From Rhynchobatus australiae (Eukaryota), in assembly GCA_034780895.1 (NCBI GenBank), contig JAUZTB010000068.1:26823555-26887554 (forward strand): a stretch of 64,000 bases of DNA, in the 5' to 3' direction. The first letter of the stretch is position 1; each line of letters starts with the position of its first letter. Below, one piece after another: positions 36,012-50,154 of the stretch. The translations under genes were made by a program, and so were the position numbers. Below the pieces are notes generated by a model that saw only the letters and a program-made list of their open reading frames with translations, made no database searches and was not told the DNA's origin.

Positions 36012-36623
36012 TGTTGTGAGTGAGAAAACAGGTTCAAGGGGTTTCAAAAGCAAGGAGTGTGAACACAGTCTGGCAGTAAATGATTTATTTACAAAAGACA
36101 AGCATGGGAAAATGGTTATGGGAATAACACACACACACACAACGAACTAGGCACACACAATCAAGGTAAAACAATACGATACCCGCCACCCCTTGACTCA
36201 GTGCAGGCACGGCCCTATGCAACCAGGGGCACTAACTAAATCACTCCCAGCCCTTAAACAGGGCCCACCTCACCAACCATTTCTCCAGCGCCAGTCCATG
36301 GTACTCGGCCTGGAGTGAAGCAGGGTGGTCCCTCGAAGATGGCAAAGAGAGCGAGCTGAGCACACGTGGCACCCTTTATAGTGCTGGAGAGCTGGGGGGT
36401 CCAGCCCAGGTAATTTACAGGGGGCCAATGGCTTGGTGCCAGCAAGAACTAATCAATTACAAAGGCCAATGGCCCAAGGTCAAGTTCAAAGGTACTTAAA
36501 GGGGCCAGTGGTCAGGTGTGCACTGATGGGTGGGGCAGGGCCAAACCTTGATTGGCAGTGATGTGTCTTACGACCAGGTAGGGGCAGTGCTGTCACGTGA
36601 CAGCTACGACCCTCCACAATACA
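36012..36623 (-). mobile_element. Solo LTR
   Basis: TGTTGTG...CACAATACA termini; flanks gttgg/gtggg; on the minus strand CCAAT (~36551), TATAAA (~36375) and AATAAA (~36085) occur in U3-R-U5 order. Confidence 0.72.
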
Positions 36624-36989
36624 GTGGGTCAGCTGGAAGCTGCAAATCTGAACAGTTCCCTTCTTTCCTTGGAGATGCAAGAACCTGAAGAGCAGGCTAT
36701 TCATCCTCCTGTATGTCTTGTTAGTGCAGAGTTACAGGTGATGTTCTACCTGCTACTCCTGTTCTGCTGATGCTGTTGGTCACCTGCCTTCATCTGAGGC
36801 CCAGCATCATGCACCATCCTGCTCAGTTAAATCAGAGCTCAGATCAGGCATTCAAACCTCCAGCATTGTCAGTAACCTCTCTGTGCGGGTTTTGTGAAAA
36901 AATAGTCCTTCAGTGAGCATGCAAGAATGTGAACTGTCACTGCCTACTGGAAGTTAATTTTACTTGTTTACAAGACATAGACAAAATCA

Positions 36990-37148
36990 GAATTCATTGC
37001 CCATCCCTAATTACCCTTGAGAATGTGGTGATGAGTCCCCTTTTTGAACAGCTGGTGATGGTCCTCCCACTGTAGTTGGATTGGGAGTTCCAAGGTTTAG
37101 AGCCACTGACAATGAAGGAACTGATTTTCCAAGTCAGGACTCTGTGCA
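36990..37148 (-). mobile_element. 3' end of the old LINE family seen at 18770
   Basis: attgcccatccctaattacccttgagaatgtggtg...ttccaagtcagga. Confidence 0.6.
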
Positions 37149-37667
37149 ATGAAATTAAAACAATGACGACCAACTAACACACCAAAATTAACAATCCACC
37201 TTGCCAAAGAGGTTTGCTTGCAGATAGTCTTACTTGTTGAAGTGTCTAACTTCCCAACCTTGTGTCAATTTCCCTGCCCTCTCTGAAACCCATGGGTCCT
37301 CTTATATTAAAGTTTATCGTGTTAAGTATTATCTATTAAATAAAGCCTGTACTTTTGGTTTGCCTTCTAAAAGTTGTTTTTTTTTTAGGCACCTGAAGAA
37401 ACTACTTTCAAAGGAAGCTTTACCCAGTTAACTGGTTAAAAGTCAATCAGGATCAATTAAGATCACAAACTTACATATTCTTTCCTATACTATGTGATAT
37501 TCTGTGTGTCGGTTTATTTGAGATGAGCTTTGCAAAAGCTGACCTAGTAAGAAAAGCAGTGTTGTCATGATCTCCAATATATTTTAAATAGCTGTAGTAT
37601 TAATCAGATACACCCTCTGGTTGTACATTATTAAATACTTAAATAGCTTCTATCTATGTTTTTAAAT

Positions 37668-37905
37668 TAAATTTTATTTTACAGCGTGGTAACAGGCCCT
37701 TCCTGCCCAATGAGTCTATGCTGCCCATTTTAAACCCATGTTGACCTACCCGTACATCTTTGGAATGTGGGAGGAAACTGGAGCATCTGGAGGAAACCCA
37801 CACAGATATGGGAGAACGTACAAACTCCTTACAGACAGCAATGGGAATCGAACCCCGATCGCTGGCGCTGTAATAGCGTCGCGCTAACCGCTATGCTACC
37901 GTGCC
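37668..37905 (-). mobile_element. V-SINE (head type of 10783 and 32057, CR1-type tail)
   Basis: Reverse complement ggcacggtagcatagcggttagcgcgacgctattacagcgccagcgatcggggttcgattccc...gggcctgttaccacgctgtaaataaa. Confidence 0.9.
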
Positions 37906-39246
37906 NNNNNNNNNNNNNNNNNNNNNNNNNNNNNNNNNNNNNNNNNNNNNNNNNNNNNNNNNNNNNNNNNNNNNNNNNNNNNNNNNNNNNNNNNNNNNNN
38001 NNNNNCCATGATCATGTGTGGCTTCCTTTCCACAACTAAAGATGTTACATTATTCTTGGCCATCTCCTAGTCTACCATAATTTCCTGTTTCACACTATTT
38101 CTTCCTGGTCTTTCTTAGCTTTGCAGTCCATGACCACTTAAAATCCTCCACAATGTTCTGAAAAATCAATTGTCCCACAGGTGGCCCCATCCTAGAAATC
38201 ATGGATGATATTCGCTTCAACAGAAGCCATTGACCTCAACCTCACACAAATAACTTCCACTCTACAGCTGAGATCACCAGAATTCCTGGTTCTTCTTTCC
38301 TTCTACATCTCCTTCACACCAGGATCTTTCTGTTTGCTTTTGATAGGAAGTTTTTGCAAAGAACAGAAGAACTCGTTGTCTCTGATCATCTTATCTGTGG
38401 ATACCATGAAGTCAGGGCTTCCATTGCCTACTCAGGAATTTCTTTGCATTAGCTCTTTGAAAGCTTGGTTCCCATGTGGTCCCGTGCAATCACCCTACAT
38501 GTTATTTCTATTGTGCAAAGGTCAGTTTTGCAGTCTAAGAACTAACAAAACAGATTCAAAATGATATGGTTACAACCGACCTGAGAGTTTGCATTTCTCC
38601 TTGGATTAACTAGTTCAAAATTGAATGGACCAGAACCTGCTGCTAGTGATGAGCCATCAACACATTTGCAGTTACCTTTTGCTTTCCACCAATGACAATG
38701 CGCTCCCTTGCAGGTGCATTTGTAAGGGTCTACATAGTATTAGGTCATCACCTGGGGACAACAGAAGAAGCTCCATCCAATGAAACAGCCAAAAAAAAAA
38801 CTTGACAGCCAATTAACCCATGATTCTGGCTAAGGCAATTGTCGAACTCATCAAACTCTTGGAATGTATCTGATCCCTTGATGTTCAGAGATTCTACTGG
38901 CAGTCCATCTTCAGAGGGCAATCCAGCCCCTGGTACTTCCAGCAAGATCAAATCCATTGCTTTCTCTTCTTAGCAAGCAAATGTTCTATCATATTAGATT
39001 TACCCCCAGGGGAGAAAACAATACTAAATTCCTTGCTTGCACCACACGCTATGTTTTCCTACAAAAAAACACCCCAACCTGGACAATTTCATTGGGAAGC
39101 TCATGTTTAAAGTTGAGGATATCTATTTGTTTATTTTGTCTGCTCCAGCCTATTAACTGCACTAGCCTTTTTCTTCCTAATCCACAAACTAATAGCATAA
39201 AGCATTTTTTTTCACTCACTTCCTCTGAGTGGCCCATGTTTACCTT

Positions 39247-40875
39247 TCTCAAATCAGTACATCGACCTTCACCATTTCATTGCCATAACCAGTACAGTCC
39301 ATGTCTATATCCCACACTCAGTGACAAGTGAGACATGGGGGTCAACCTTAAATATGATGTGTGATACTCCATCCTCCATCTTCCTGCCCAAACCTTTCTC
39401 AGTAACTTGCGCACCCAGCTGCCTGCCTAACATGAAGTCCAAATGAACCAGAACTTACGCTAGCTCAACAGTAGCAAGGCCTATTTAATTTGGCAATCGA
39501 TAGAAAATTTTTGCCTCAGGTGTTGATTCCATCTGCATTTCTAGTTCTGTGCTCAGATTGCACAGGAGATATGTAATGACTGCATCCTGTTTGACGCTGA
39601 GCTCAGTTTCATGTTCCACATTTGGCCCACAGTCAAAGCCACTTATTTCTATTCATTCCACTCCATGGCTACGAATGATAAAATCAGTTCTAGGCTCAAT
39701 TTCACTAACATCTCCCTCACTAGAATCCCCAACTCCGCCCGAAGCAATCTCAGACTCAAGCAGCCTTTCATTCTGCACTAGGTAAGGTCTGCTGATATAG
39801 TTTGTCCTTGATGCCTGACATTGACTCCTTGCCCCCCAGAACATAAAATTCAGAGTCGAGCTTAGCAGAACAAGGGGTGATCTTAATGAAACATATAAGA
39901 TCCTTGGGGAGCATAATAGAGTAGATGTCGAGATGTTTCCACTCGTAGGAGAATCCTGAACGAGGGGATAAGTTACAAGACTAGGACATGGTCATTTAAA
40001 ACATTTTTAGTAACTTATTATTTTATTAATTGCTTTATTAATTCTTTTTTATACTTCACTATACCTTAATAAATTTAGTAATTTGTAACTTTATGCTGTT
40101 GAAGTGTTCTTTTTCCATCATTGATCCAAATCCTCAAAATCAGCTTAGTTTACATATCCATTACATATATGCAGAGGGTGGTGAATCTCTGGAACTCTCC
40201 AGAGCATTGTGGAGCCCAGATAGTTGGGGTTAGTTAATAGGGAAAATTTCTGAATGACTGGGGGATTAAGGGCAATGGTGAAATGACACAGAAGGGGAGA
40301 CAAAGCCTGGAGCAGATCAGTCATGGTTATATTGAATGGCAGGAGTAGGACTGAGGGGCTCAGCGGCCTTCTCCTGCTCCCATTTTCTGATGTTCTTGTG
40401 TTCAAAACCTTTGTTCCTGTTTTTGTTGCTTCTTGGCCTTTCTGTGTTGCATTCCGCAGGTCTTCCATTCCCATGTCTCATTTTGCATCTTGTACTCAGC
40501 CAGCTCAATGGCCAAAGAAATTAGACTAGATCCTCATTATTCATTTGGAAAATAGGCACAAAAGTGGATTCGGGAAAAGTGTGCATACCATTAAGGTGTT
40601 GGCAATGTCAATCCCTCCATGGAAAGGACAACTTCCATGTAAGTTTCAGCTTCTATGCTTCAGCCAATCCAAACAACTGAAACATACAGGCACTCCCAGC
40701 TCTGTCTGCACACCCAGACCACACTTCGAACCCCAGCCCCAGCTCCCTCAAATCTCTACAACATGGGCCTTCACCATTCCATTGTCTTGACCTGTGCAGT
40801 TTTTGTCTATATCCCACACTCAGTGACAAGTAAGACATGGGGTCAACCTTACACATGATGTGTAATACCCCAGCC
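39247..40875. repeat. Diverged ~130-bp direct repeat (39247-39375 and 40746-40875)
   Basis: Shared core tgtctatatcccacactcagtgacaagt(g/a)agacatgggg(g)tcaacctta. Confidence 0.85.
39855..40420 (+). mobile_element. CR1 3' fragment containing an AT-rich internal insert (~40002-40165)
   Basis: RGDLNETYKILGEHNRVD motif; tail ggccttctcctgctcccattttctgatgttcttgtgttc. Confidence 0.8.
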
Positions 40876-41974
40876 TACAAAGTCCACTCTCTGGACTCTG
40901 GCTCAGGCTGTGCACACAGCATATATCACAGATCCAAAGCTACCCAGGTTCCTGATCCCCAATGTTTCCGAACCAGGCCACAGCCAAGCACCCAGTGCCA
41001 ACGCTCTCAGTAACAGATGGCTGACCTCATGGGTACATGGATCAGATTCAGATGGTAACAAGGACCTGGTGTATATTGCCAATCTGATCATTCACACTGA
41101 AGTTATAGTAGACTCCACTGAAAATACAATAAACTCAGACAGGACCCTGATTGATTGACAACTGCCATTCGATGGGAAGTTTGAAAGGGACAGAACCACC
41201 ACCTATTCCAGACCAAAGGGAAAGAGGTCAAGCATTGAGATCCCCAGCACTGTGTGTCTAGGCCAGGGGTTAGGACTTGAGCCCATGATGCTGATGAGAA
41301 GATTCTCATTTCATTTCTAGTAGGTAAAGAGGGCAAGAATCCTTACCAAGGCAACCAGTTACTAAGTAGCCCTCTTTTATTAGGAGGCAACCTGGACAAT
41401 TCCAACCACCCTCTGCCCTCAGCTGCTGAGGTGAGGAAGAAATCTCTTTGGATCTTGATACAAAAATTGCCTTTTGCGAATTTGGCTGGCCAGGGAGCAT
41501 AGCGCTTTTGATGGTTCAGTAAATGGTATGTCAATCATTCAGGAAGGTCTGGCGTTAACTCAAGAGAGATCATCTTCCATTTTGTAACGTGATTGTCTTT
41601 ATTTGAACAGTCAACTGAAATATTCACATAGAAGTCATCTATAGATTTTTAGTGTAACCCTGTAATGACATTTTAGACAATAATTGGAACCTCTGTTAAT
41701 CAGTGCATGAAACGCACTTCTGGAAAAACAAACAAGATGTAACTGAAAGCAGGCTGAGCTTACCATTGATAGAATGTTACACCTAAAAATAATTATTGAA
41801 GACAAACCTGTAAATGCATCTCTGGTGTGTCAGGATGCAAGTTGTTGACCAATTGCTTTTGTTGCCATGGTGTTCACGTGACCGGTCCAGTTGGATTGCT
41901 GATCAATGTGAACCGCAAGATATTGATGGCATGGGACTTGGCAATATCAGGAGAAGGCAGTTAGACCCTTGTAT

Positions 41975-42530
41975 TAGAACATAAAATATAAGAGCAGGAG
42001 AAGGCCATTTGGCCCCTCATGCCTGCTACACCATTCAGTAAGATCATGGCTGATCTTTTACCTCATTACCTATTTCCTGCATTAACCTCATATCCTTGAT
42101 TCCCTTAATATCCAAAAATGTCTTGATTTCTGACGAATTCTCTCCGAGGCAGAGAATTCCAAAGACTGACTATTGTCTTCGTGAAGATATTTCTTCTCAT
42201 CTCAGTCCTGAATGACCAACTCCTTATTTTGAGACTCCAGAATCTTGTCACACTGTCCTCGTATCTACCTTGCAGTTACCATGTCAAGCCTCATAAAAAT
42301 GTGTATTTCAATGTGGCTACCTCTCGTTCTTCTAAACTCCAGACTACAGGCATAATATATCTTCTTGCAGGATGATACCCCATCCCAGAAATCCATCTTG
42401 TGAACTGTCATTGTACTCCTTCTATCGTAAATATAGTCTTCCCTTGAAGGGAGACCAGAGTCATACGTAGTAGTTTACGTACGCTCCCACCAGGGAATTA
42501 CAGCAAGGGCTCTTCTTTTGCACTCAAATC
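41975..42530 (-). mobile_element. CR1 3' fragment
   Basis: agaacataaaatataagagcaggagaaggccatttggccc tail; ggcagagaattccaaaga. Confidence 0.85.
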
Positions 42531-42859
42531 TTCTTGTTGAAGATGGCTCAAATGTTACTTACCACTTATTAGTGCATGCCAAATGCTCTCCAGGTCTTGA
42601 TATATGTAGGAGTAGATTGCTTCATTTACAGAAGAGTTTCATTTGGGGTTGAATATTCTGCAACCACCCCCCACTTTTGACCATATAATGGAAGGAAGGA
42701 TTATTGATTAAGTAGCTGAAATGGTTAGACCCATAATATTGTCTTGATGCACACAAGAACACAAGAAAATAGGAGCAAGAGTAGGCCACTCAGCCCATCA
42801 AGACTGTTCCATCGTTCACCACAGCAACCCTAGCGCTAACTATCACACATATCCTCTTT

Positions 42860-42985
42860 GTAGTATCCATACCTCCCCCAGTTCTGATGAAGGATCTTAA
42901 ATCTGAAATATTCACTCAGCGTCTCAGCCTTTCCTTCCACAGATGCTGCCTCACCAGCTGGGTGTTTGCGATATTTGTTTCATGT
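42860..42985 (+). mobile_element. Penelope-like pLTR with degenerate hammerhead core at 42884
   Basis: ctgatgaaggatcttaaatctgaaat...ccacagatgctgcc. Confidence 0.6.
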
Positions 42986-45900
42986 CCTTCTTCACTCGTC
43001 ATTGAAACGGGGTTGATCCCTTTGAATGGTAGAGTGAGGGATATGCCAAGCCAAGAGGTTATAGATTGTGCTGGTATACTTTGTCAATGGTGCACAGCTC
43101 CTCAGGATTGTCCAATTTGAGTTACCAGATCAGTTCTGAGTCTATCCAATTTAGTGCAATGATAGTGCCACACAAAACAATGGAGGATGTGTGAGTGTGC
43201 TTCACGGCGTTCCCCATGATTGAGTATTACTGTTTTCTTTTCACCTTCCACCATTCCTGTCCCAGTTTTTCACCCCAAGAATTCAGGATGATCGTGTCGT
43301 GCATTCTTAAAGATGGGGTGTTGTGAGTTCCTTTCCCTACTGCACCTTTGATTAGGTTAGTTTGGTCCAGCCTTTATCCATGAGCTTATACATTGCATAA
43401 AGATGGTTGAAGTGTGAGGAGCAGAAACACCAAAATAACGAACAAAGATATCAGTTATTGTGAGCTCTTCAGCAAGCAACGTGCAATGAACTTTTGTTGC
43501 AGATAAATTAGCTGAGTACAAGTACAATATGTGTGTGTCACTTGGCCAATATTTCGGTACACCTGCAAGATCTGCCTTGAAGTGATATGATCTTTCACGT
43601 AAGTGCATAAAAGAGCAGAGTGCTTGCCTCAGTTCTTAATGTGCTGTATTAATAAAGTTGAACTAAGTATATGAGCAAACTCTTTGTGGTTTCCATGCTG
43701 CGGGCATATATTTTGAATAGGAAAGTACTAAGTACATTTATCTTGGCATCCTTCCTAAGAATCATGACATATGTGCTCATTCAGTCCCATAACTCCCTGC
43801 TATTTCCTTCTAAGCACTTTACACAACCGTACTGGTGGAAAGTGAAACTCAGTAGCATGGAGGTTAATAATGTCCACCCCTTACAACAGTCACTCCATAT
43901 TTGGAGCAGAAAATATACAAACAAGTTAAGGATCACTGCCACTGGTACAAGAGAATTGTCTTTATGTTTAACTCAGTCATATTTATGCAGGCTGATTACA
44001 AAGTGGGAATTGTTCAACATATTAATTGGACAGTAAGTCCCAGTCTGGCATTTCAGACCAGTATCACGACCTGGTTTGATGCTTGTCAGGTTAACACAGT
44101 TCTACCAACCGAGATCCGTGACTTCATTTAGCACGAGTTATAGTTAATCCTGAAGTCCTCAGAATTGACACTGAGAACAAAAGGTGGGAAGATTAGACAC
44201 AAAAGTGAAAAAGCAACAGATAGATTAATCGATTTTTTATAATCATATTTGTTCAGGAGGATATCAGACTTTCTTGGAACCTATCTCTTTAAAAAGAAAC
44301 TCAAATCATCAGTTGATGGGTTGAAATGTTCCACTTGAGAAGAATTGCTGGTGGGAGTGCTTAAAATGTGCACAGCCACTGAAATGGGGTTTGAAAAGTT
44401 GGAATGTTGACAAAAATGCAGAGCTGACACCAGCAAATTCCTGGAAAAAAAGTTGTTCATACAAATGGTTNNNNNNNNNNNNNNNNNNTCTCACACAAGT
44501 ATTTCTCATGATACAAGAGTTTTATTATATGCAAATTCACTTACATTACTTTTTTTAGTTACAACAGGATCAATAGATAGCAAAGGTTTTTAATTTTGTT
44601 AAAAGACTCACATTAATATAAATCACTCTCCATGATATTAGTAAAAGCGTAACTGATAAATAAATGTTAATGTGGAAAATAACATTCAATATTTAAAAAT
44701 ATAAATTCTGCATTGCAGAATGTAAAGAATAATATCATCCTTCATCAAAGAGTATAGATATTGCATGGAAGAGGAGCATGTGTGCAACATTCAGTTAGAA
44801 TTAGCAAATGCGGTATGAAAATATGGATTTATTTTGTGTCCTGGGATGTTCATAGTCAATGCCATGCCTGTAGTGTAGTCTGTTAAGCAGGCAAAGTATT
44901 TAAAAGCAATGACAAAGAGAAAAGATACTGTAATTTTGACTTAGTAAAAATGTAAAACCTTCCAAACAGCCCATTTCAACTCAACTCAGCAGAATTCAGA
45001 GATTCTCACACTAAAAGAAGCAATCAGCTTTGGAATTTAAGGAATTCTTACAGAAAGGTGGCTGAGGAGAGGAGGAACCCATACCAGGGAAAAGAAAATT
45101 AAGAAGGTAAGTTAGGAAAATGAACCACTTAACATGTAAGTCAGATCTTCTGGTGTTACTTTAATTTTTACAAGTGAAATTACATAAAAACCAATGAATT
45201 TTGAAATAACGGCAAAAAGGGATGCAGTGAATGTGACACACACATTAAGTTTATCCACAAGGGAAGAAAGATTCAACTGCCAGAGTTTTCTGTGACAAAC
45301 ATGCACAGGCCAAAGAGATTACAATAACTAAATAACAAACTGAAATTTTTCAGTTTGGTAAGGGCATAAAAGTTGCTTTTGGTGTTGAGTGCATCTTTAA
45401 GGATTTGGGATTAATGCAAATGAACAACATTAGCTCATGGGCAGGTGGGAAAGTGCTATATAGAAAAGAGACAAAGACTTCACTAAAACTCAAAGGAATA
45501 CCTGCGTTGGATGAAAAAAGTGCCAGTGATGGGTGGTAAAGTGCAAGGAATAGAAGCAGGTTTTATCTGGTTGCAGTGAAACATAAGAGATGGAGAATAT
45601 TACATTTCTGCAGAGAAATAAAGGGAAAACAAAAGTGACATTTAGATTTCACTGTGGGTTGAGGAGAGGAGGTTCCAGACACAGGGAGGGGTTTTGTAAT
45701 GAAAGGATTAAATATGGCAAACATTGATGATTTTCTGCAACTTGGCTCTGTGTGGGAGGCAGAAGGAGATGGAGCAGGAAGAATCAGGCAGAAATGCATA
45801 GAGAGAAATGTGAATCAGACAGAATAATACTAGTTGGTAAAAGTTATAAAAAAAGGTAAGAGCTTTGACACAGGGTCAATTTTAGTTTTTGCTGGTTGAG

Positions 45901-48234
45901 GTAATGGCTTCAGCTCGGAATCTTATACCATGGCTGTCCACCAATCACTAAGCATTAAAGTGGTTTTCTCTGATTTAAGAGCCTCAGTGCCTCATCTTTA
46001 CTTCTTCCATTACATGTATCAGATAGTCCTCGACTCACCTCACATACTCTCTTTCACTGTGTGGAGTTTGGTGGGATGAGCTCAAGCGCAATTACTGCTA
46101 ACGGGAGGTGAGTAGGAGTAAAGCCACTTTTAAGTAGTTAAAGTGGCGAGGAACAAGTAACTTGTGGGCATCGATGCAGTGTCTCCTTGGCAAGGTTGTC
46201 AAGATCTTGCCAGTGCTGGGTTAGTAACTAAGCCCCTTCAACTGTCATCCTGTCAGGAATCAGAAGTAGAACACAAACGGTACTTTCTGAAGTGATTCAT
46301 CATTGGACTCAATGGTGAGTCATAAGGGGGAGTGGGATTTGGCTTTGAGCTCATCTGCAAACTTTCACTTATCAATGAAACCACCTGTATAGGTGAGCAA
46401 GACCTGGCCCACCATACACTTAGCTTTGTACTATAGCCCTTAGCACCTTCGATCACTACAGATTATTCATCTCAAATTTAGAATTAAAGTTAACACCTGA
46501 TTTACTTCCTCTTATCATCTGGTGATACAGACACATTTTGCATGTAGAAGTGTTTCCTAACCATTTCTGTAGGGTTCTAATAGTTTTGTTGGGCTCTAAT
46601 AACTCTCTAATAGTTTTGACTATATCTCCGAAGCATAGTTCCCAAATTCCGTAAAAATATCCTCTCTTCATCTGCCCTTTCCATTTCTCTTAATATCTTG
46701 ACAATCAATCACATTGACCTTTAACTTTCTAAATTTCAACAATTACAGCTCTCATTTATATAATGGCCCCGCTTCTAATGGAGCCTCAGGAAATAATAAA
46801 TGTCTTTCAAAGAATTTGAACATCACAACTAGTTATTATATGTATTTTTATTATATGTATTATAATTAATTGCTCATTTATAATTCAGTTATCCATAATA
46901 ATAGCTGAGGTTCCATATCTGCAGACCTTCAATATGAACATTTCCAGTATAAATTTCTATGGTGATGTCCACGATGGAAGTGGCTCAGATAAGCAGGCCA
47001 TGCTGTAAGTATGTTATTTTTAATTCAAAAGTATACTTTATTCATAAATATACATGTCCTTCTTTACATTCATTGTGACATTGAACTAAAGTTATTTACT
47101 TAGTAACGCATGGCGGTTGGCAAGACATCACACTCATTGTCTTCTATGTCTCTTACAACATTGAGATTATGATCTCTGGAAAGAGAGATGAAAGGTTTGA
47201 TGTAATGCAAAATTTTCTTTATCACTTCAAGTATTTATGACCAATTTTCCACTTTACAGAATTTGGTGTAAACATAAGAATTGAATGTGCCACACCAAAA
47301 ATTTCCTATTGTATTCTGCCTATCAAGAAGAAGATCTTCCACTCTTCATCTTCTTTCATTTGTTCAATCCATGTGACCTCTCACANNNNNNNNNNNNNNN
47401 NNNNNNNNNNNNNNNNNNNNNNNNNNNNNNNNNNNNNNNNNNNNNNNNNNNNNNNNNNNNNNNNNNNNNNNNNNNNNNNNNNNNNCCTCTCACAAACCCA
47501 ATGCACTGCAAAGTGTATAATGGATTTCAAAATCTGGCACAAAATTTGATGTCACTTAACTGTGAGACAGTTTTTCTTCACTATTTATGGTCAAGGGTCG
47601 GTGCAACTTCATTCAAGAATAGTGTATGAAATCAAACGTTAGAAATGTGAATCTTAAGAAAATGCTGCTCTGCTGTTAGCTTTTGAGTGTGGCATCATTG
47701 CAAAGGGACTCCCATTCAAATGGAGTGTAAAACTCCTGAACCTGAACTGGAAATATTAAAACAAAACATGCTGGTGCAAATTTTGTTCAGTCACTTCAAG
47801 GCCGAACACCTTTTCAACAACTTAATGTGTTAATTACTGCCAGTCATTGAAAATTAGGAATACACTTGGGAACTCGTTCCTTCAGTTTTATAGATTATTT
47901 AAAATAATATAGTTTCTTTTTATCTTTTGTTTCTGGCTCATTTTGTTTCCTTTTCTCTCTCTTCTCTCTTCATCCAATCATTGTTTCTGACTTCTGTTGA
48001 ACTGAATGTGTCGAAGTGAGCACAACTGATGTCTGATACCTTCATATGTTATCAATACCAGCAATGGATTTCCCCACTCCCCTTCTTTAGGACGTACTTC
48101 CCTCATTTTGGTTGTAAAAGTTTGCTAGTTTGGTTCCAAGGATGAGATTACTGGCCTTTAAGGAGAGTTATACTCTCTTATTTAGTAACCTCGCTGAAAC
48201 AATTGGATGTGGAGTTTTCTGGGTTTTAGCAGTA

Positions 48235-48672
48235 CAGGTAGTCCCTGGGTTACGTAAGAGTTCCATTCCTGAGAAATGTCCTGAGCTGATTACTCTGCTA
48301 GTCAGAAGTGCCCATTTTCTTCAGTAACCCATATCATATTGCTCTCCATACACTTCCTCTAATTCTTCCATTTCATTGTATTATCACCCTAACTCTATAC
48401 ATAATTAAACTAATGGAATATGCACAGTATCCAGATATTGATAAATACCATGAAACATTTTATCATTATTATTACTACTGGCTTGAAAAATGCTTTAAAA
48501 ATGTATGGGAGACTTTGCGTAAAGTTGGATNNNNNNNNNNNNNNNNNNNNNNNNNNNNNNNNNNNNNNNNNNNNNNNNNNNNNNNNNNNNNNNNNNNNNN
48601 NNNNNNNNNNNNNNNNNNNNNNNNNNNNNNTGGCTTGAAAAATGCTTTAAAAATGTATGGGACAATCCCCTG
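48235..48672. mobile_element. Tc1/mariner Tigger/pogo-like non-autonomous element (spans a gap)
   Basis: TA|caggtagtccctgggttacg terminus; degenerate right end gggacaatcccctg. Confidence 0.5.
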
Positions 48673-50154
48673 TTACTGTTTGTACACCATCTGATCTGAA
48701 AGGGAAAGGTCCTTTTTTCAATATATGTTACCATGCAATGTGATTAACTCACTATCTCCACAGCTCTTCTTCAACCGGATGAAACATCTCTATCAATTTC
48801 AATATGAAATCTAAGCATCTTCAAAAATTATTCTTCCTTCACGGCATGGTGATTCACTTTGTTGGGATACTACTCTACCAATGATGGATAATGGGACAAA
48901 GTGATTTCAATTTTATATCCAGCCAAAATTATTAAAGCCCAAAGTGAAGCAGAGTGAGAGTGCAAGATGAAATAGACTTTTGCTTTGGTTAATAGTACGC
49001 AAGTACAATGCCAATGTTGTGTCAAATCTGCTTGTTGTAGCAGAGAGTCTCCCTTTCAACACAAATACTTTGGAAACCTTTCCAATCTTAATTTAAATTC
49101 TTAGGGAGCACAATTTTATTTCTGTGCTGTTCTGCAAGCATTTAAATTTCAAACTTTACTAAACATGACAGTTAAGTTTCCAGCCAGACAGGAGCCAAGC
49201 AAAGTAAACAGGGCTGGGTGGTTTTCTGGCATGAGCCCAAAATGGAACCCAGATCAATAGTGATGATGCAAATGCACCATAGGAAAAATTGCCAATACAC
49301 CAAAAAAGTCTCCCTTTCTGTGGATGTATTTCTCCAAGTGACTGGCTAATCTTTCTCCAAATCATTGTTAGCATTTGATATATGACACTCACTTTTCAGG
49401 AAAGCCCTCATACTTCTTGATTCTACAGATATTTCTCAGGGTTGGTCTTAGTAAACATGATTTTCTTAAAACCGTCTTCACTGAAATTCGTTGATCATTT
49501 TTGAGAGATTGGAATCTTTGTGGAAGAATCAAATGTAGTTGGTATTTTCTCTAAAAATTACATTATACAGCTTATCTATTTTTTGAAAATATCTAAATAT
49601 TCATGCTTACATTAAAAACATGGTAGAATTTTGGAATTATTATTTTAAAGAGAATTATATCAAAGTTATATGGTATCTTGTACCTTATTTAAAGATAAAT
49701 GCAACATTAGTGAAGAAAATGTTTTGCATAATTCCTACTAAACTATTGGCACTTGAGAATTTCTCAGTATTACCTGATGTCTGATGAATTGAAAGACTTA
49801 TGGTTCAATAAACCCATCCCATAATTCGACCCAATATTTCCTTCCTGGCTCCAATATTGTCTCTACAGAACAACTGCTTGAAACATCGAACAATCAGAAG
49901 CAAGATAATAGCATACTATCATTATGAGACTGGATTCCATCAGAAATCTCATTTTGCAAAATTAAAGTTTGCTGAAAATGTTGTTTCTTCAAACACAAAT
50001 AACAGATGGTAAATCTTGTAGGGAAAGCATGTTTCAATCTTGCTTAAAGAAAAAAATAAGTTTCTCCGGGAATTCAATCATGAAAACTAGTTGCTACGTT
50101 AGATATAATAAAATAATCCTTGTGTTTACATATTGCCTTTCATGTCCTATTTAG

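Larger units (their letters stand above)
41850..43195 (-). mobile_element. Old LINE RT relic (family of 18770), broken by CR1 (41975-42530, 42750-42820) and Penelope (42860-42985) inserts
   Basis: ggtccagttggattgctgatcaatg, gaagatggctcaaatgttacttaccactta, gatagtgccacacaaaacaatggagg. Confidence 0.6.

Noticed and set aside
40002-40165. AT-rich insert in CR1 as a NUMT
   Set aside because: No recognisable mitochondrial protein or tRNA; low complexity
46925-47004. ag...gtaagt-bounded candidate exon (TFNMNISSINFYGDVHDG...)
   Set aside because: No recognisable protein or partner exons; such boundaries are common by chance
783-48734. ORFs containing long X runs
   Set aside because: They are open only because they cross N gaps
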